From: Lama guanicoe
Taxonomy: Eukaryota
Assembly (NCBI GenBank): GCA_013239625.1
Contig: MU053881.1
Span: 9,323,957-9,387,956, forward strand
Length of the DNA stretch: 64,000 bases
Direction of reading: 5' to 3'
The notes under the pieces are model-generated. The model was not told where the DNA came from and did no database searches. It was given only the letters and a program-made list of their open reading frames with translations. This document shows, one piece after another, positions 39,901 through 51,894 of the stretch. The position numbers and the translations under genes were made by a program. The stretch's first letter is position 1, and each line of letters starts with the position of its first letter.

Positions 39901-41694
39901 CTTTCCTTCAAGCTTTATTCAAGGCCAGATTTAGTTTTCTGTAATTTCTGGCTCCCTACCCCATAGTCAAACTTACTTTCTTTCTTTTTTTTTCTATGAG
40001 TTCTTTCTGGATTTCCAATAAAATATCTGAAAGTAGAATTTTGCTGGAGAAAAAAAAAAAACAAAAAAACCTCAAGGATATTTTTAACTCCCCAAGGTGA
40101 AGAAACTGCCTAAGGGAGTCAAAAGTACATAGACCAGATTTTTTACAGTGTGTGCTATTCTGCATTTTTAAGGAGGCAATTAGTTATTCTTGTATATTAG
40201 TGACTGCCCCATTTTCTCCATAACTCAGGTGATAAAAAGGGCCTCGGAGAGGACATATTTCAAGTGGGACATTTATTACCCTAAAAAGGAATGATTCTAA
40301 TTTAAAGTCACTGGGAAAGCCCTTTCTATGAACACAGTCAAATTTCACAGCTGCAAAAATCTGGCCTCACTGTTCATGCTCCGTCTCATTGCCATTTCTA
40401 ACTAAGCCATCATTAGCTTCAACAGTTAAAGGACCTGGTAAACTAACCTGAACATGAGGCTGTTGTCTCTTTAAAGCAATCCAAGCCAGTGCAATATTAA
40501 TTTGGTGGCCATAGAGGGAGTGTAAGATGCAGAGCTGTGACTGGTGATAACACTGAAGTATCTGCACTGGGGAATGAAAAAAAAAGGCAGGAGAAATTCA
40601 TCCATGTGTTCAGAGTGACGCGACTTTCAAGTTACCGGCTCCTAGGAGGTCATTTTTGTCATGGCAGCAAGTACAAAGAACTGTTGGCAGTCAGGGATTT
40701 TTATTACATGTCTTTGAAGGTTGGATACATGTTCTAGGCTATAGAAAGCGAAGCTGATGTTTGAGACCTGCCTTGGCTTGCCACCTCTGGTTATTAGCAA
40801 AATGACAATAGGAATTTTTTAAGAGCCATTTTAAATAAGCACTGTGAAAATCTGTATACCCCAAGACTTTCCCATAAAAATGAAATAAGAATATATACGA
40901 TCCAAAGAAAAGACTCATTCTGTAGCCACGTATCCTTAAAATCTAAAATGGAACTGTGGCCTTCTTTCCCAAAGTATAGATTCTCGTTACTTCCTCTTCA
41001 AGAGAGGCATACCTAAAAGGTTATTGATTTGGTTCTGAAGGACAGGGTGTTTATTACGGAGGAAGCCGTGGCGGGGTACAAGTGTGAGAAATTAATGATG
41101 GCTTTGTGAGTGTCCATGCTGTGGTGTGGAACCAGTGGGGCAACTGTCAATCTATATGATAATACATTCCCAAACTTCATAAAATCAGTGATGTGAAAAC
41201 GCATTGATTTTTTGTGTGTGTGAGCCAAACAGAATTTGTCAAAAAGAAAGAGCAAGAAGTTGACTGAAGTTAACACCTCAGCCCACAGAATAGCTCACAC
41301 TTCACTTTTTACTTGGTTAAAGGGTTTATGATGTGGCGTGTAAAATTCCCGATTTTTATTTCTGGCCCCCAATGAGAACAGAACATGCATTATGCACATC
41401 TTTGAGGATATGTGAAATACTGAAAAGAAGTTTTAAAAAGAGAAAAGGGAACCCATTCTCTCTGCACATTTTACAGTAACCATCTATCACCTAAGCTTGA
41501 ACTCTGGCTTCAGAACTTCATGATCTGCCGGACGCAGGAAAAAAAGAGCTGCTTAGTGATTCTAAGTCCATTTTCTATATGCGATTCTGACTGTATTATT
41601 ACTAGCATTATGGGGGTGGGGATTGCGACACTGTATCTATTTCCTGTCAGGACACAGGGATTTGTATAGACACTCCCAAGGTGAAAACTGTTCA

Positions 41695-41820
41695 AATATA
41701 ATATTTCACATAATAAACATCATAAAATAAATAAATATATAAAAATAAATAAAATAAAATTTTAATTTAATATTGAAAATAAAATGAATAAAATAAAATA
41801 AAAAATTAAAAAAATAAAAA
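41695..41820. repeat. A/T-rich low-complexity tract, (AAAAT)n-like
   Basis: Read directly from the sequence. Confidence 0.85.
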
Positions 41821-43569
41821 GAGAGGCTACTGTTGGTCTACCAAATATAACGTTACTTATAAAATACTTTCATCCCTAACAGTTGTAGGTAAATTCTAGA
41901 CAAGCATTTTTGCTCCCTTTGCTTCACTGGAAACCTCCTCTTATAGTTGAGTTTTTAAGATGCATATAACTTCAAAAAGAGAGAGGTAAAAATTCTATAG
42001 GTATGTACAAGTAATCCATTATAGGTGGATCCCATGAGACCAGTGGGAATACCAACCAGGGAACATTTGCTAAAATACCTTGTTTAAAATGTGCCAAACG
42101 TTCTTGGATTACAAGTGATTTTATTTACTAGGCAATCAAACTGCCTCCATTTAAATAGTCTGACACACACGGAAGCTGAAAACGTACCTCAGTAAATGGA
42201 TTCAATGTATGCCTTTATGAAAACTTCTAAAAGTAATTTCCTATCAAACAAGCACCTTTAGCGTGTTGAATATGCCAAGTGTCAGAATTTTGTTAAAATT
42301 CAAAAGGAGTCAAGTGCAGATTTTTCCTTAAGAGTTCACCTTGATTAGCTACATGAACAGAGGCAGCAGTAAGACACATCCCCTTGTCCCCACTGCAGAA
42401 TAGATTATTTCAGAATTAAACATACATTTAAATGCAACATAGTGACACCTTTTTGAATATACACGACTTACCCAGGAAACGATATATGTTCAACATGGTT
42501 TTGAGATTAAATGATACTTAGCTACGTTTCTGCATTCACAACAAGCTGTCTGCCTGCAAATTTATTTTCCTTTCTTTCTTTCTTTTTTTTTTTATGCAGG
42601 AAAACACTTAAAGCTGCTCTAGTCGAGGTTTAAGACATTTTATGGAAACATTCTTAACTGATCTATTTGTACACATTTTAATGGGAATTCTTTTAGCCAA
42701 CACACAAGATAGTCATAACAAACCACACAGCATTTGATGTCTCCTTCATAAATCAACTGTACCGAATGCAATTTATCTTTTAAAAAATGTTTTGGACGAA
42801 ACAGAGTTCTGAGTCGCTAAGAAATCCACAAAATAAGCACCTTATCTCTTTAATGACTTGCTTGGGCTTCCCTATGTTTACTGCTTAATGATCGGAAGCA
42901 TTTAATTTTCAAAGTTTCATTAAAATCCATCTCGAAAGCTGATGGATAAGGAGGAGTGATTTGCGAGAGAAGATGTGGGGAGACATTAACCTACATAGGG
43001 ACCAAGGAGAAAAGTAAGCATAGGAGAATTTTTTTTTTTGAAGACAAGTCCCTTCCTATTTGTCATTATTAAACTCCAGAGCATCTGTTCCAAGTCTGAT
43101 CTTCAATACGGATATGAGGCATTGCCGCCTGGAAATGAAAGTCTAAGATAAGCTAGGATTCTTAAGAGATCTTCAAGGGAAAAAATAAGCCAGGTTACCA
43201 TTTCCTGGGAAGAGGAAATCAATACAAAGACCTAGAAACTTGTGGAGAGAGGACATTTTCTAGGTACAGGTCATAGTTTATCAAGCTGCCTCTTCTGCCA
43301 TGTAATTTACTTGCTAATAAGACCAACAGACTCTGCCTGAACAGTGTGTGTCATCATCAAAACGTGATTTTAAAATTCCTTCCTCATTTCTCGTGTATTC
43401 GAGGCTTGCTGGTTTCTTCCCCCTGGCTCAGCGTGGGCCGACAAGGTCGACTTAAAAGAAAATGGATGGTTTCATACGCCTATTTAAAAAAAAAAAAGCC
43501 AAAAAACAGCCCCAGCCCCACATTGTGCAGCACCCAGAACATCAAAAAATATTTAAGAAGCAGGCCTAC

Positions 43570-43845
43570 CGTTCTCATCATCTGACTTATTTTCGTTGTC
43601 AGAATCGGTCAGGGTAAGGGCTGAGTTTTCACGACTGGACAGGCCGGAACTGCGCCTGGACTTTATCCCTCTCCCCCACAATCTGATGGCATGCTCTGGC
43701 GACATCCCTCCCTCCGTATCGGAGTCGGCGTCAGACCCTGTGCTCAGAGCGTAGCCCTGGTGAAGGATCCCCATGTCGGAACAGTAGCCGCTTCGGTGCG
43801 GGGAGGGCTCACAGATTCCCAGTTCCGCAAGGGTGAAGTTAGTTC
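43570..43845 (-). CDS. TENM2: Teneurin-2 internal coding exon (second coding exon; N-terminal intracellular domain), 276 bp, phase 1-1
   Basis: Translation (G)[91 protein letters not shown](G) matches mammalian TENM2 as I recall it. Acceptor ...tcgctgtcaccctAG|GA (AG at 43847-43846); donor AACG|GTAGGC (GT at 43569-43568). CpG is retained in the exon relative to its flanks. Confidence 0.96.
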
Positions 43846-43877
43846 CTAGGGTGACAGCGACAAAGAGACCGATTAAG
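43846..43877 (-). promoter_or_regulatory. TENM2: 3' splice site: branch point, polypyrimidine tract and AG
   Basis: Minus strand reads cttaatcggtctctttgtcgctgtcaccctag. The YUNAY match TTAAT puts the branch A at 43873, 28 nt before the exon. Confidence 0.75.
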
Positions 43878-44268
43878 ACTTGTGAAATGCTTTCAGAGTT
43901 AAAATTCATTCTTACCAAGAGCGGACAGACAATCTTTCCATTCAACAAACACACCAGACTTGCCATGGTCTACAGGAATGGGTCTTGGGCAAGAGGATCT
44001 AGGATAATGAGGTATTTTTAAGGACAACAGTAACTTAGAAGTAAACATCTAAGGTTAATTTTAATCTAAGGACAGAATGCTAAGATTTTTATTTCAGAAA
44101 TTTTTAAGCATTTACTGTTGTCTAGGTATCGCCATGCAGCTAAAAAAAAGAAACAAAAAACCCACTGGATTTATAAGAAGACCTAATATATACCAAACAT
44201 TGACTTTGCTCCAGGCATCTCTGATTTTGCAATTTTTATCTTACGTTAAAAACATTTTGCAATGGCTT

Positions 44269-44286
44269 GATGATGATGATGATGAT
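44269..44286. repeat. (GAT)6 microsatellite
   Basis: Read directly from the sequence. Confidence 0.95.
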
Positions 44287-44560
44287 ATTACTACAATCAT
44301 TTTGTAAATAAGGAAACTGAGGAACAGAGAATTTAAGCGACTTACCCAAGGTCACACATCTAGATTGTAGCAAAACCTGGATCTGATCCTTGAGCAGTCT
44401 GTCTTCATGTCAAGGAAGCTTAATCCTCCAATACATGGGAGTGGTGGCCAAGGGACCTGGGTCCCCGGTCCTAGCTTCTCATTGTGGCAAGTCTCTTAAC
44501 TCCTCGAGCCCCAATTTTCTCTTCTGTAAAATCTGGGTATTAATCTTTTAAGTTGCTCTC
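44287..44560. mobile_element. Two MIR fragments in opposite orientations
   Basis: cattttgtaaataaggaaactgagg...cttacccaaggtcacac (-), then ggcaagtctcttaactcctcgagccccaattttctcttctgtaaaat (+). Confidence 0.75.
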
Positions 44561-44599
44561 AGATCACTGTGTGTTTTATATGTGATAATATATACACCA

Positions 44600-44623
44600 G
44601 TGTGTGTGTGTGTGTGTGTGTGT
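44600..44623. repeat. (GT)12 microsatellite
   Basis: Read directly from the sequence. Confidence 0.95.
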
Positions 44624-46884
44624 TTTCAAGTGATTATATGTGTTACTTAAGTCAGCATCCTAGGGGTAAAGAGTCAGTCCATTTGCTTTTAAATGCTATC
44701 AAATGATTTCTTTTCGCTAAAACAACTTAAAACCACAAGTAGGTTTTCCCACTTAACGTGAATGTGTACACACGTGGGGGGCCCAGAGGTGAGCCCGTGG
44801 GAGCAGGACAGAACAGGCATGTATTGAGCACATCTACGTTACCATGTGTTGGGCAGGGGGTCATATACTCTAAGAGGCTTTATCTTGTTTAAATCTCACA
44901 CTAGTGCAGCAGTGGGGATGTTAACACTTCTCAGAAAGGCTGAATATTCTCTCCAAGGCCACACCTGGGCAAGCGGCAGACACAGGAGTCACCTCCACAT
45001 CTGCCGACCCCAAGCCTGTGCTCTCTCTACAAGGTCAATTTGGTCTCAGTCACAGATCAGCCTGGCAGCAGTTCTGCAAAGTGGAAGGCTCGCTCTACTC
45101 AGGTGCTTTAACATTCTGCTTCTTAAAAAGACACTTTAAGGTTTCCATGCAAGTGAGATGTCATCATGGGGTCCACTGTATTCATTGTAAATCTGATGGG
45201 TTTTTATTTGCTTGTTTTTACCCAGTTTATAGACAATGAAAAAATGCAGTGAAGAAATGCATTTTCATGGTATAAGTGAAGAAAATCTTCTCAATCACAC
45301 CAAAGCCATGGGTTTACACATTCTCTCTACATTGCTACTTCAGGGCCACTCATGTCTCCAAGGTCACGATATAACTTAACACCATGATAGCTCACATACA
45401 TGACGTCATTTCTCAGCTTTTATTTTTAAAAAAGCACCAACAACTGTTTATATTAACCTAGTATGAGTTAATTTGTAACAGACACATGTAGTTTTTATTC
45501 TGAGGTTTTCCTTTCCTTTCTTCACTGCACATAAATCTTCCACGGCCATAGTTCCCCGTGTAAATGGAATCAAACACAATTCTATACATAATTGTCTCCG
45601 CAGAGGGAAACCTATTCATTAGAGCCAACCCAAGCAAAAATGTCTGTGGGCACGGAGTGAGGTACTACTGCATGGGCAGGGAAGAGGGGAAGTCCTCACC
45701 ACCATCAGCACAGTTCTGAGTGTTCGTCCCCTGGGCACAGCTTGGCACACCATCTGAAATGCTCTCCCCAGGGCCTTCTGTTCCTGTCTGCATCCTTGGC
45801 GATAAGGTACTGTCTCCCAACTGGACACACAAATGTCTCTTTCGGTTGCAGTTGTCCATAAAACTAAAGTTACTGAGTTCGTATGGATCTGATATTACAA
45901 CACTTTTCTCCCTGTTGCTGCTTTTCTCATTCCTAAGTAGCTGGAAAAGGTCATTTCCTGTGCGCATTCTCCCATCTTGTCTTGAGAGCCCAGGTTCGTT
46001 CTGGACAGGCGTGAACCACATCGCTTCCTTTTCCTCCAGTCAGCAAAAACAATCCCAGCGAAAACACACCTGTTTTGATTCCACCTGTGGGACTTTTTAG
46101 CTGTATGATTCCATTTGAAATGGAGTGTGTGCATGTGCATGAAGGCAGCTTTCCTGAAGGTCTTCTCATATCTCATTATCTGGAACGAGCTTCAAAGGCT
46201 TCCTCAGGAAAAGAGACGGCTATGTGAGCAAAGGGAGCCTCAGTTCTCTGAGAAGCCTGTGTGCTCTTCCATCTGGGCACTAGAAGGAGCAGGCAGGAAG
46301 CCTGGGGCCTGGGAAGCCATGGAATCAACGCAGTGCCCTCCTCTGCTTATACGATTTACTTGATGACAAGACATTAAAATCATTTTCTGTTGAGACAAAC
46401 TTGAACTCTTCATAAAGCACTTAAAATTGGCATGAATCTCCAAAATACCCACAATGTTAGAAAAGAAAAAAAAGGGGGGTCCTTCAAGAGTTTCGGCTTC
46501 AAGCTGACAACCCAAAGCCACAAACCAGCAGCATCATAAACAACACTGAAGGTACTGTACCGAATTCACCAGAACAAGTTAAAAAGTTCACATTGGCTTA
46601 GAGAGAGGCAGGTTTTCCTCTAAAAACAGAATTGTTTCTTCAAAAATATGACCTTCTAAACTTCTCAGCGTCATCTCCCAGTAGGACCACACTCCCCCAA
46701 TGCTGTCCGATGTCTCCAATTCCCGGTTTGGTACCTTTTGGTCCTCAACTCACTCAGAGGCTAGAAACCTCATTCTAAGGACTTGGGTCAGATTCTGGAA
46801 CAAGCCTTGCCCAAGTCTGCTGGCTTCCTGTTGGAAGCTGGAGAGCCATATGTGCAATAGAAAGGAAAAACTGGTCTACCGTTT

Positions 46885-47085
46885 ATTAAATCACTCAGCA
46901 CATATTTATTGTTCCTAGTGCTGTGCTAGGCATCGGGGATACAGCCGTGAGCAGCAAGAAAATACAGTCCATGACATTTACAGTCTGATCAGGAAAGGGA
47001 CATTAATCAAAGAATCACATAAGAAAGGTGCAATCTACACGAATCTACATAAATTCTATGTAGAAAAAAGAGAGGGAGCCATGAA
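46885..47085 (-). mobile_element. L2 3' end
   Basis: cactcagcacatatttattg...gtgctaggcatcggggatacagccgtgagca...tttacagtctg. Confidence 0.75.
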
Positions 47086-48689
47086 AGATCGTACAGTGGT
47101 CCAGCCCTTCATCCTTTCACAGCGTGCCCACCGGAGGTTCATCCAATGGTAGACTCAAAGGAGTGCGAGTTTACTCCACGGTGAAGTTATCATGCCCCGC
47201 TTCAGTTTCCTCTTACCGTCCCCAGTTTCCCAAACATTCCCCTCTGTGAGTTTATTTCAAACATGTTTCACATATTTTGTCTGGCGGCACAGAGCCCTCA
47301 TGTGATATACCATTCTGCTTAGCATGTCAGTAATATGGGGGAATTTTAATACTATGTCAGCTTATTGTTTGACACTTATGTTGCTCATTGACAGGAGACA
47401 GATTTTGCTGTAATTCATCTTGTGTAATTATGCCTTTATTAAGCTCCATGGCAGCTTTGACTAAAAGAGAGAAGCTTAGTCATTGTGCAATTCTCCAGGC
47501 TAAGGTTTCCAATGGAAAGCAGTCACCATTTCACTGCTTCTTTACCGTCTTACAGAAAGATAAAAAGAGGCACGCTATTTCAGTATTCACGGAACACGTG
47601 TTTACCCTCTATCTGCCTCCAACCTCCCTGACATCACTAGTTTAAGTGAGTGTGGACGACAGCTCTCCTTTCCTCAGGTGTGTATTTTATGGTTGTGACC
47701 TCTACACTGCTTAGTATTGCCCCACATTACATTACCAAGGCCAGAGTCATTACTTTCACAGATAAATGATTATTCAAAAATCTGTGGTATTTACATCATG
47801 GAATTTCAGTGTAATTTAAGGTGTTGGGAGAGAACGTCAGTGTCTAAAATCTGTTAGGTGATCGGGATAGTGAAACATAAGTCTTTAAAAATAACTCTAT
47901 CCTTAAGTTTCTTTTTCTTTATCTTCTTTTTCTTTTTTTTTTAATCATAACCTCAGGATATGACCCGGATCCTTCCCAAAATATTTTTAGAGAGACATCT
48001 TACGATAGATACCAAGTCATTTTTTGACCAACAAATCTTATCTGGGGACACAAGTCTAAGGAAGAATATGTCAGCGCACCATGATCTTGGCTTTATTTTC
48101 TAAGTTTTCACTAACTTTTCCCACTTTGAAATAACCTTTAACTGGGAAAAGCACATATGTCGCTAAGTTAGAATTATCATGTCATGGTAATACCAGCGAA
48201 TACAAATAGCACTGGAAATGTCAGCGTTGGAACAGATTTTCTACTATGAGGGCAGGAAGATAAAAGTGAGCTGTAGTAACAGAGGAGTACGATGTAGACA
48301 ACTTTTATCATCTAAACGTTTACCGTGTGAGTCCCCTGAGCATAAGAGAAGACGCTTTACACAGGGAAGCAAAAATTGCTATAACATGAAAATAGTCAGC
48401 AGTCATCACTTACAAAACTAACCCCCACCTACCCTACCCACTTAATACTAGTATCTCTTCTTATATCAACCATATCAACGTTAATGTTCTCAATTAGTTG
48501 CTGATAACAGAAATTTGGCTGGTGCCAATCTGAGGTTAAACTGTAAAACTTGTGATTAGATGCAGATTTCCATGAAGTCAATCAAAGTGAGGCTGAAAAA
48601 CACTAGGATCACAATCAAGTCAACAAAATAACCAAGATCTAACAGAATTAGGCTGTTAACAAGAGAAAACAGAAGTGAGTGTTGGCGTG

Positions 48690-49785
48690 ATGATGGCTTC
48701 TGCAAAAGATGATGAACTTCTGGTTCTAGACCAAGAAGAAATTTCTCACTTCTCTACTCCTCCCACTAAGATACAGCTATAATCCCTGAACGGTACATGC
48801 AAAAACTACTTAAAACAAGTGTAAAAGGGGCTGAGAAGAAGACAGATCTACTAGAACCTGGGACCTGAAGAAAAACATAGCAGTGAGTTCCCTGGGTTTT
48901 CTTTTTGCCTTTTTGATACATATATTCCCATGCAGGGTGCTGGAGATATCTGCAAATTGGAAACATCAATGGGGGCAGATCAAATAAACCCAAAGTGAAG
49001 TCTACTGCAATGAGGGGTCCTTCTGCAGCTCCACAAACATACCAGGGTGGAATCAAACTGTATTCAATATCTTGCAGTAACCTATAATGAAAAAGAATAT
49101 GGAAACAAATATATGTATGTATATGTATGACTGAACTATTATGCTGTACACCAGAAATTGACACAACATTGTAAACTGACTATACTTCAATTAAAAAAAG
49201 AAAAGAGAAAGAAGATAGAGTGGTGAGCTGGAACTTTCATTGTCGCCCAGTGGTAACCGGCTTTCCCTGGTTTCCCTACAAAGGTGTCCTTGGAAGCCCT
49301 AAGGAACTCTAGATTTCCATCTCCTCACAGTGGTAATGAGGTGCTCCTCCCTCTCCCTGCTGGTGTCAGAGGAGGATAAATGTCAAGTCCCCTCTCAGCA
49401 ACACAGGGGGACTCATAGGTAACTGTCAGGAGGTGACCCCCTCCCTCTCAACCAGGCTGGTGTCTGCAGGGTCCTAGTCGGGAGTCTGAAAACCCAGCTA
49501 TGCCCAGTAAAAGGAGGCACCTCTCTCCATCCACCCCACTTCCCTCCTCCACAGAGGAGGCCAGGAGAGGAACCCAAACTGTCGCCTCCACCTGGCATTC
49601 AGGCCACAGGGTCCCACTTTTCCCACTGGCTTGGTGTCAGAGGAGGAGGCTGAAACAGAAGATTTAAATACGATGCAGATTTTCAAACCAGAACACTTCA
49701 AATAGCCAGGATACAATTAAAAAAAAAAAAAACCCCACTCATCCTACCAAGAACCAGGGAAATCTCAACTTGAATGAGGAAAGGT
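48690..49785 (+). mobile_element. Old L1M 5' UTR region, interrupted by a younger L1 tail
   Basis: gcagtgagttccctgggttttctttttgcct; repeated ggtgtcagaggagga (about 49363 and 49633); ends accaagaaccagggaaatctcaacttgaatgag. Confidence 0.6.
49060..49213 (+). mobile_element. L1 3' tail, lineage-specific
   Basis: tattcaatatcttg...gaaaaagaatatg...tgactgaactattatgctgtacaccagaaattgacacaacattgtaaactgactatacttcaatt plus A-rich tail; close to 28895-29040. Confidence 0.9.
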
Positions 49786-51894
49786 AATTATTTAAATAAC
49801 AGGTTAATGAGAGGCCCTTAGGAAAATTAATGAATCCATCAAATAGTTTTTGCAAAATGTGACCCTCTGTGATCATGCATGCTGCAAAAAGTGACTCTGA
49901 ACGAAAGACGTAATATCCTGCAGTCATACAACCGTGCTATAAAATGTATACTACACCCCGTATGAGTTGCTATCCTTTATCCTTCTGAATAATTATAGCA
50001 GTTAGAATAATAAATTGTATTCAACATAACATAAAATGTAATCTTGATAATCAGTTTTATTTTCTCAAGATAAAAGTTGCAATAAGTTACTTTTACTATT
50101 TAATATGAAATACTGTTTCTTTTTAAACACTGATCCCTTTTTTAAGTGGCCTTTCTCTGGGATCATTTTTCCTAAGACAAAGAGAATCTCTTGTAAATAA
50201 ACACGGGGCACTTTTCTTGGGCAAATGTTAGACTCTCCATTTTAAAGCCCCGAATGAATATTGACTCCAAATTTTTCTAGCAGATATGTAAGGAAAAAAT
50301 ATAAATTACAATGTTACAGTTCTTTTTATCACAGAAAGTGAAGTAATTTAATCGGATGTCATAAGAGTTTGCAAAATAGAAAGTTATCAAGGAAAAATAA
50401 GACAATTATGAGACAAAACATAACTTTTCATTTCTGTTTGAATAATCAAGACATATCGCCAAACTGTTACCTTATATTTAATGTCAATACCTTATATTTA
50501 CATTTTGAGCCCTTAAAGATACGTACGTATAAGCTACAGAAAATAATTAGTCCAAAGCTGTTACCAACATTATCTATTATTTTCATACACATCTAAAATC
50601 TACAGATTTGTATATGCAATGGTAACAGTTTTGAAAGCCACTAAAGGAACACCTTATGAATTCTAATGTTTCATGCTTGTGTATACTAAAATTCTTCACC
50701 TGAACTCTCTCTTAATGCCCTTCTAAAGTTCACCTGCTTTTACTAAACATTCAGATATTTTCCCAAATGTTGACAAAACTGTTCACAGAAAATCCTGTGG
50801 CTTAAAACTACAGAGTAGGTATACATGTATTATTATTCATAAAAATAGAAGTCAAATATTTACATTTCAAAAATACACTTTAAGAATTGCAATTTTCTTT
50901 TGTGTCTAGCAACCTCAAATGTTCTTTTTTTGATATTTCTAAACGTGCAGATTAATTACCTTCGCCTCTGTCTGAATCACAATGCATCCAATTTGTAACC
51001 AGAATCATTCCAATGTAAATAAACACTTTCCAAATCAAGGAAACACCAAAAAGGCTAGTGAAGACAGGAGAGTTTCCAACATCTGAGGTTTCTCTGTAAG
51101 CTCAAAGCCAAAGGTGAATGTGGCATTCTCCTCTGATGCGGTATTTTTACATTCTAACCTGAACAAAGCCTGATTTGGAAAACCCAAAAGCGGCCACAAC
51201 AAAAGGTTCTGCTGGACGATTGTCAGTTCACAAACAGAAACGAAATGTCCAGTAACCTAGCTGGCTGGAGACTCTTTTCTGCTGCTGAAAATTTCAACAA
51301 GATTAAAAATCTATTCCGTATTAAAATCTACACTAATCAGTTACTATTATCCCATGTAAGAGCATTACAAAGGCATACAGTCATCTGACCACATGAGATT
51401 CTGCTTCTCCAATTTTTTTTTTTAATCAGAAAAAATAAATAAAGGACAACAGTGGGTTAGATGCAATGGTCTAGCTGTTCTGTGCTCGAGAATGTAAGAT
51501 TAGCTTTCGTTTACTAAGGGTTCCTACTGTGACAGACAGTGTCCTAAGTGCTTTTATATACAGTTTTACAATTAATTACAACAGCCACCGTATAAAACAG
51601 TCACTAGGTATACAGCCTAGGGTTGTTACAGTGGGAGTTCCAGTGGCTGTTTTAAAAATACCCTTGACCATGTCTTCTTAGAAGTAATTACTTCTGATGA
51701 GTCTCCAGTTACTCATTTATAAAATAGACACAAAAATAGCGCCTGCCTCCCTAAGATGTTTGTGAGCACCGAATTCCCTAAGGCAGGTGAAAGTGCTGAG
51801 AACGCTGCCTGCCACAGAGTGACCACACAACAAATGTAAGTATGATGATGATCATCAGTTTACAAGTTTTTAAATTATAGGATTACTAACACTT

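Larger units (their letters stand above)
1..43569 (-). other. TENM2: TENM2 intron downstream of the exon (continues beyond the window)
   Basis: No further teneurin-like peptide appears in the ORF track or in my reading. Teneurin 5' introns are known to be very large. Confidence 0.85.

Noticed and set aside
46700..46720. REST/RE1-like half-site (cggacagc on the minus strand)
   Set aside because: The left half (TCAGCACC) is missing.
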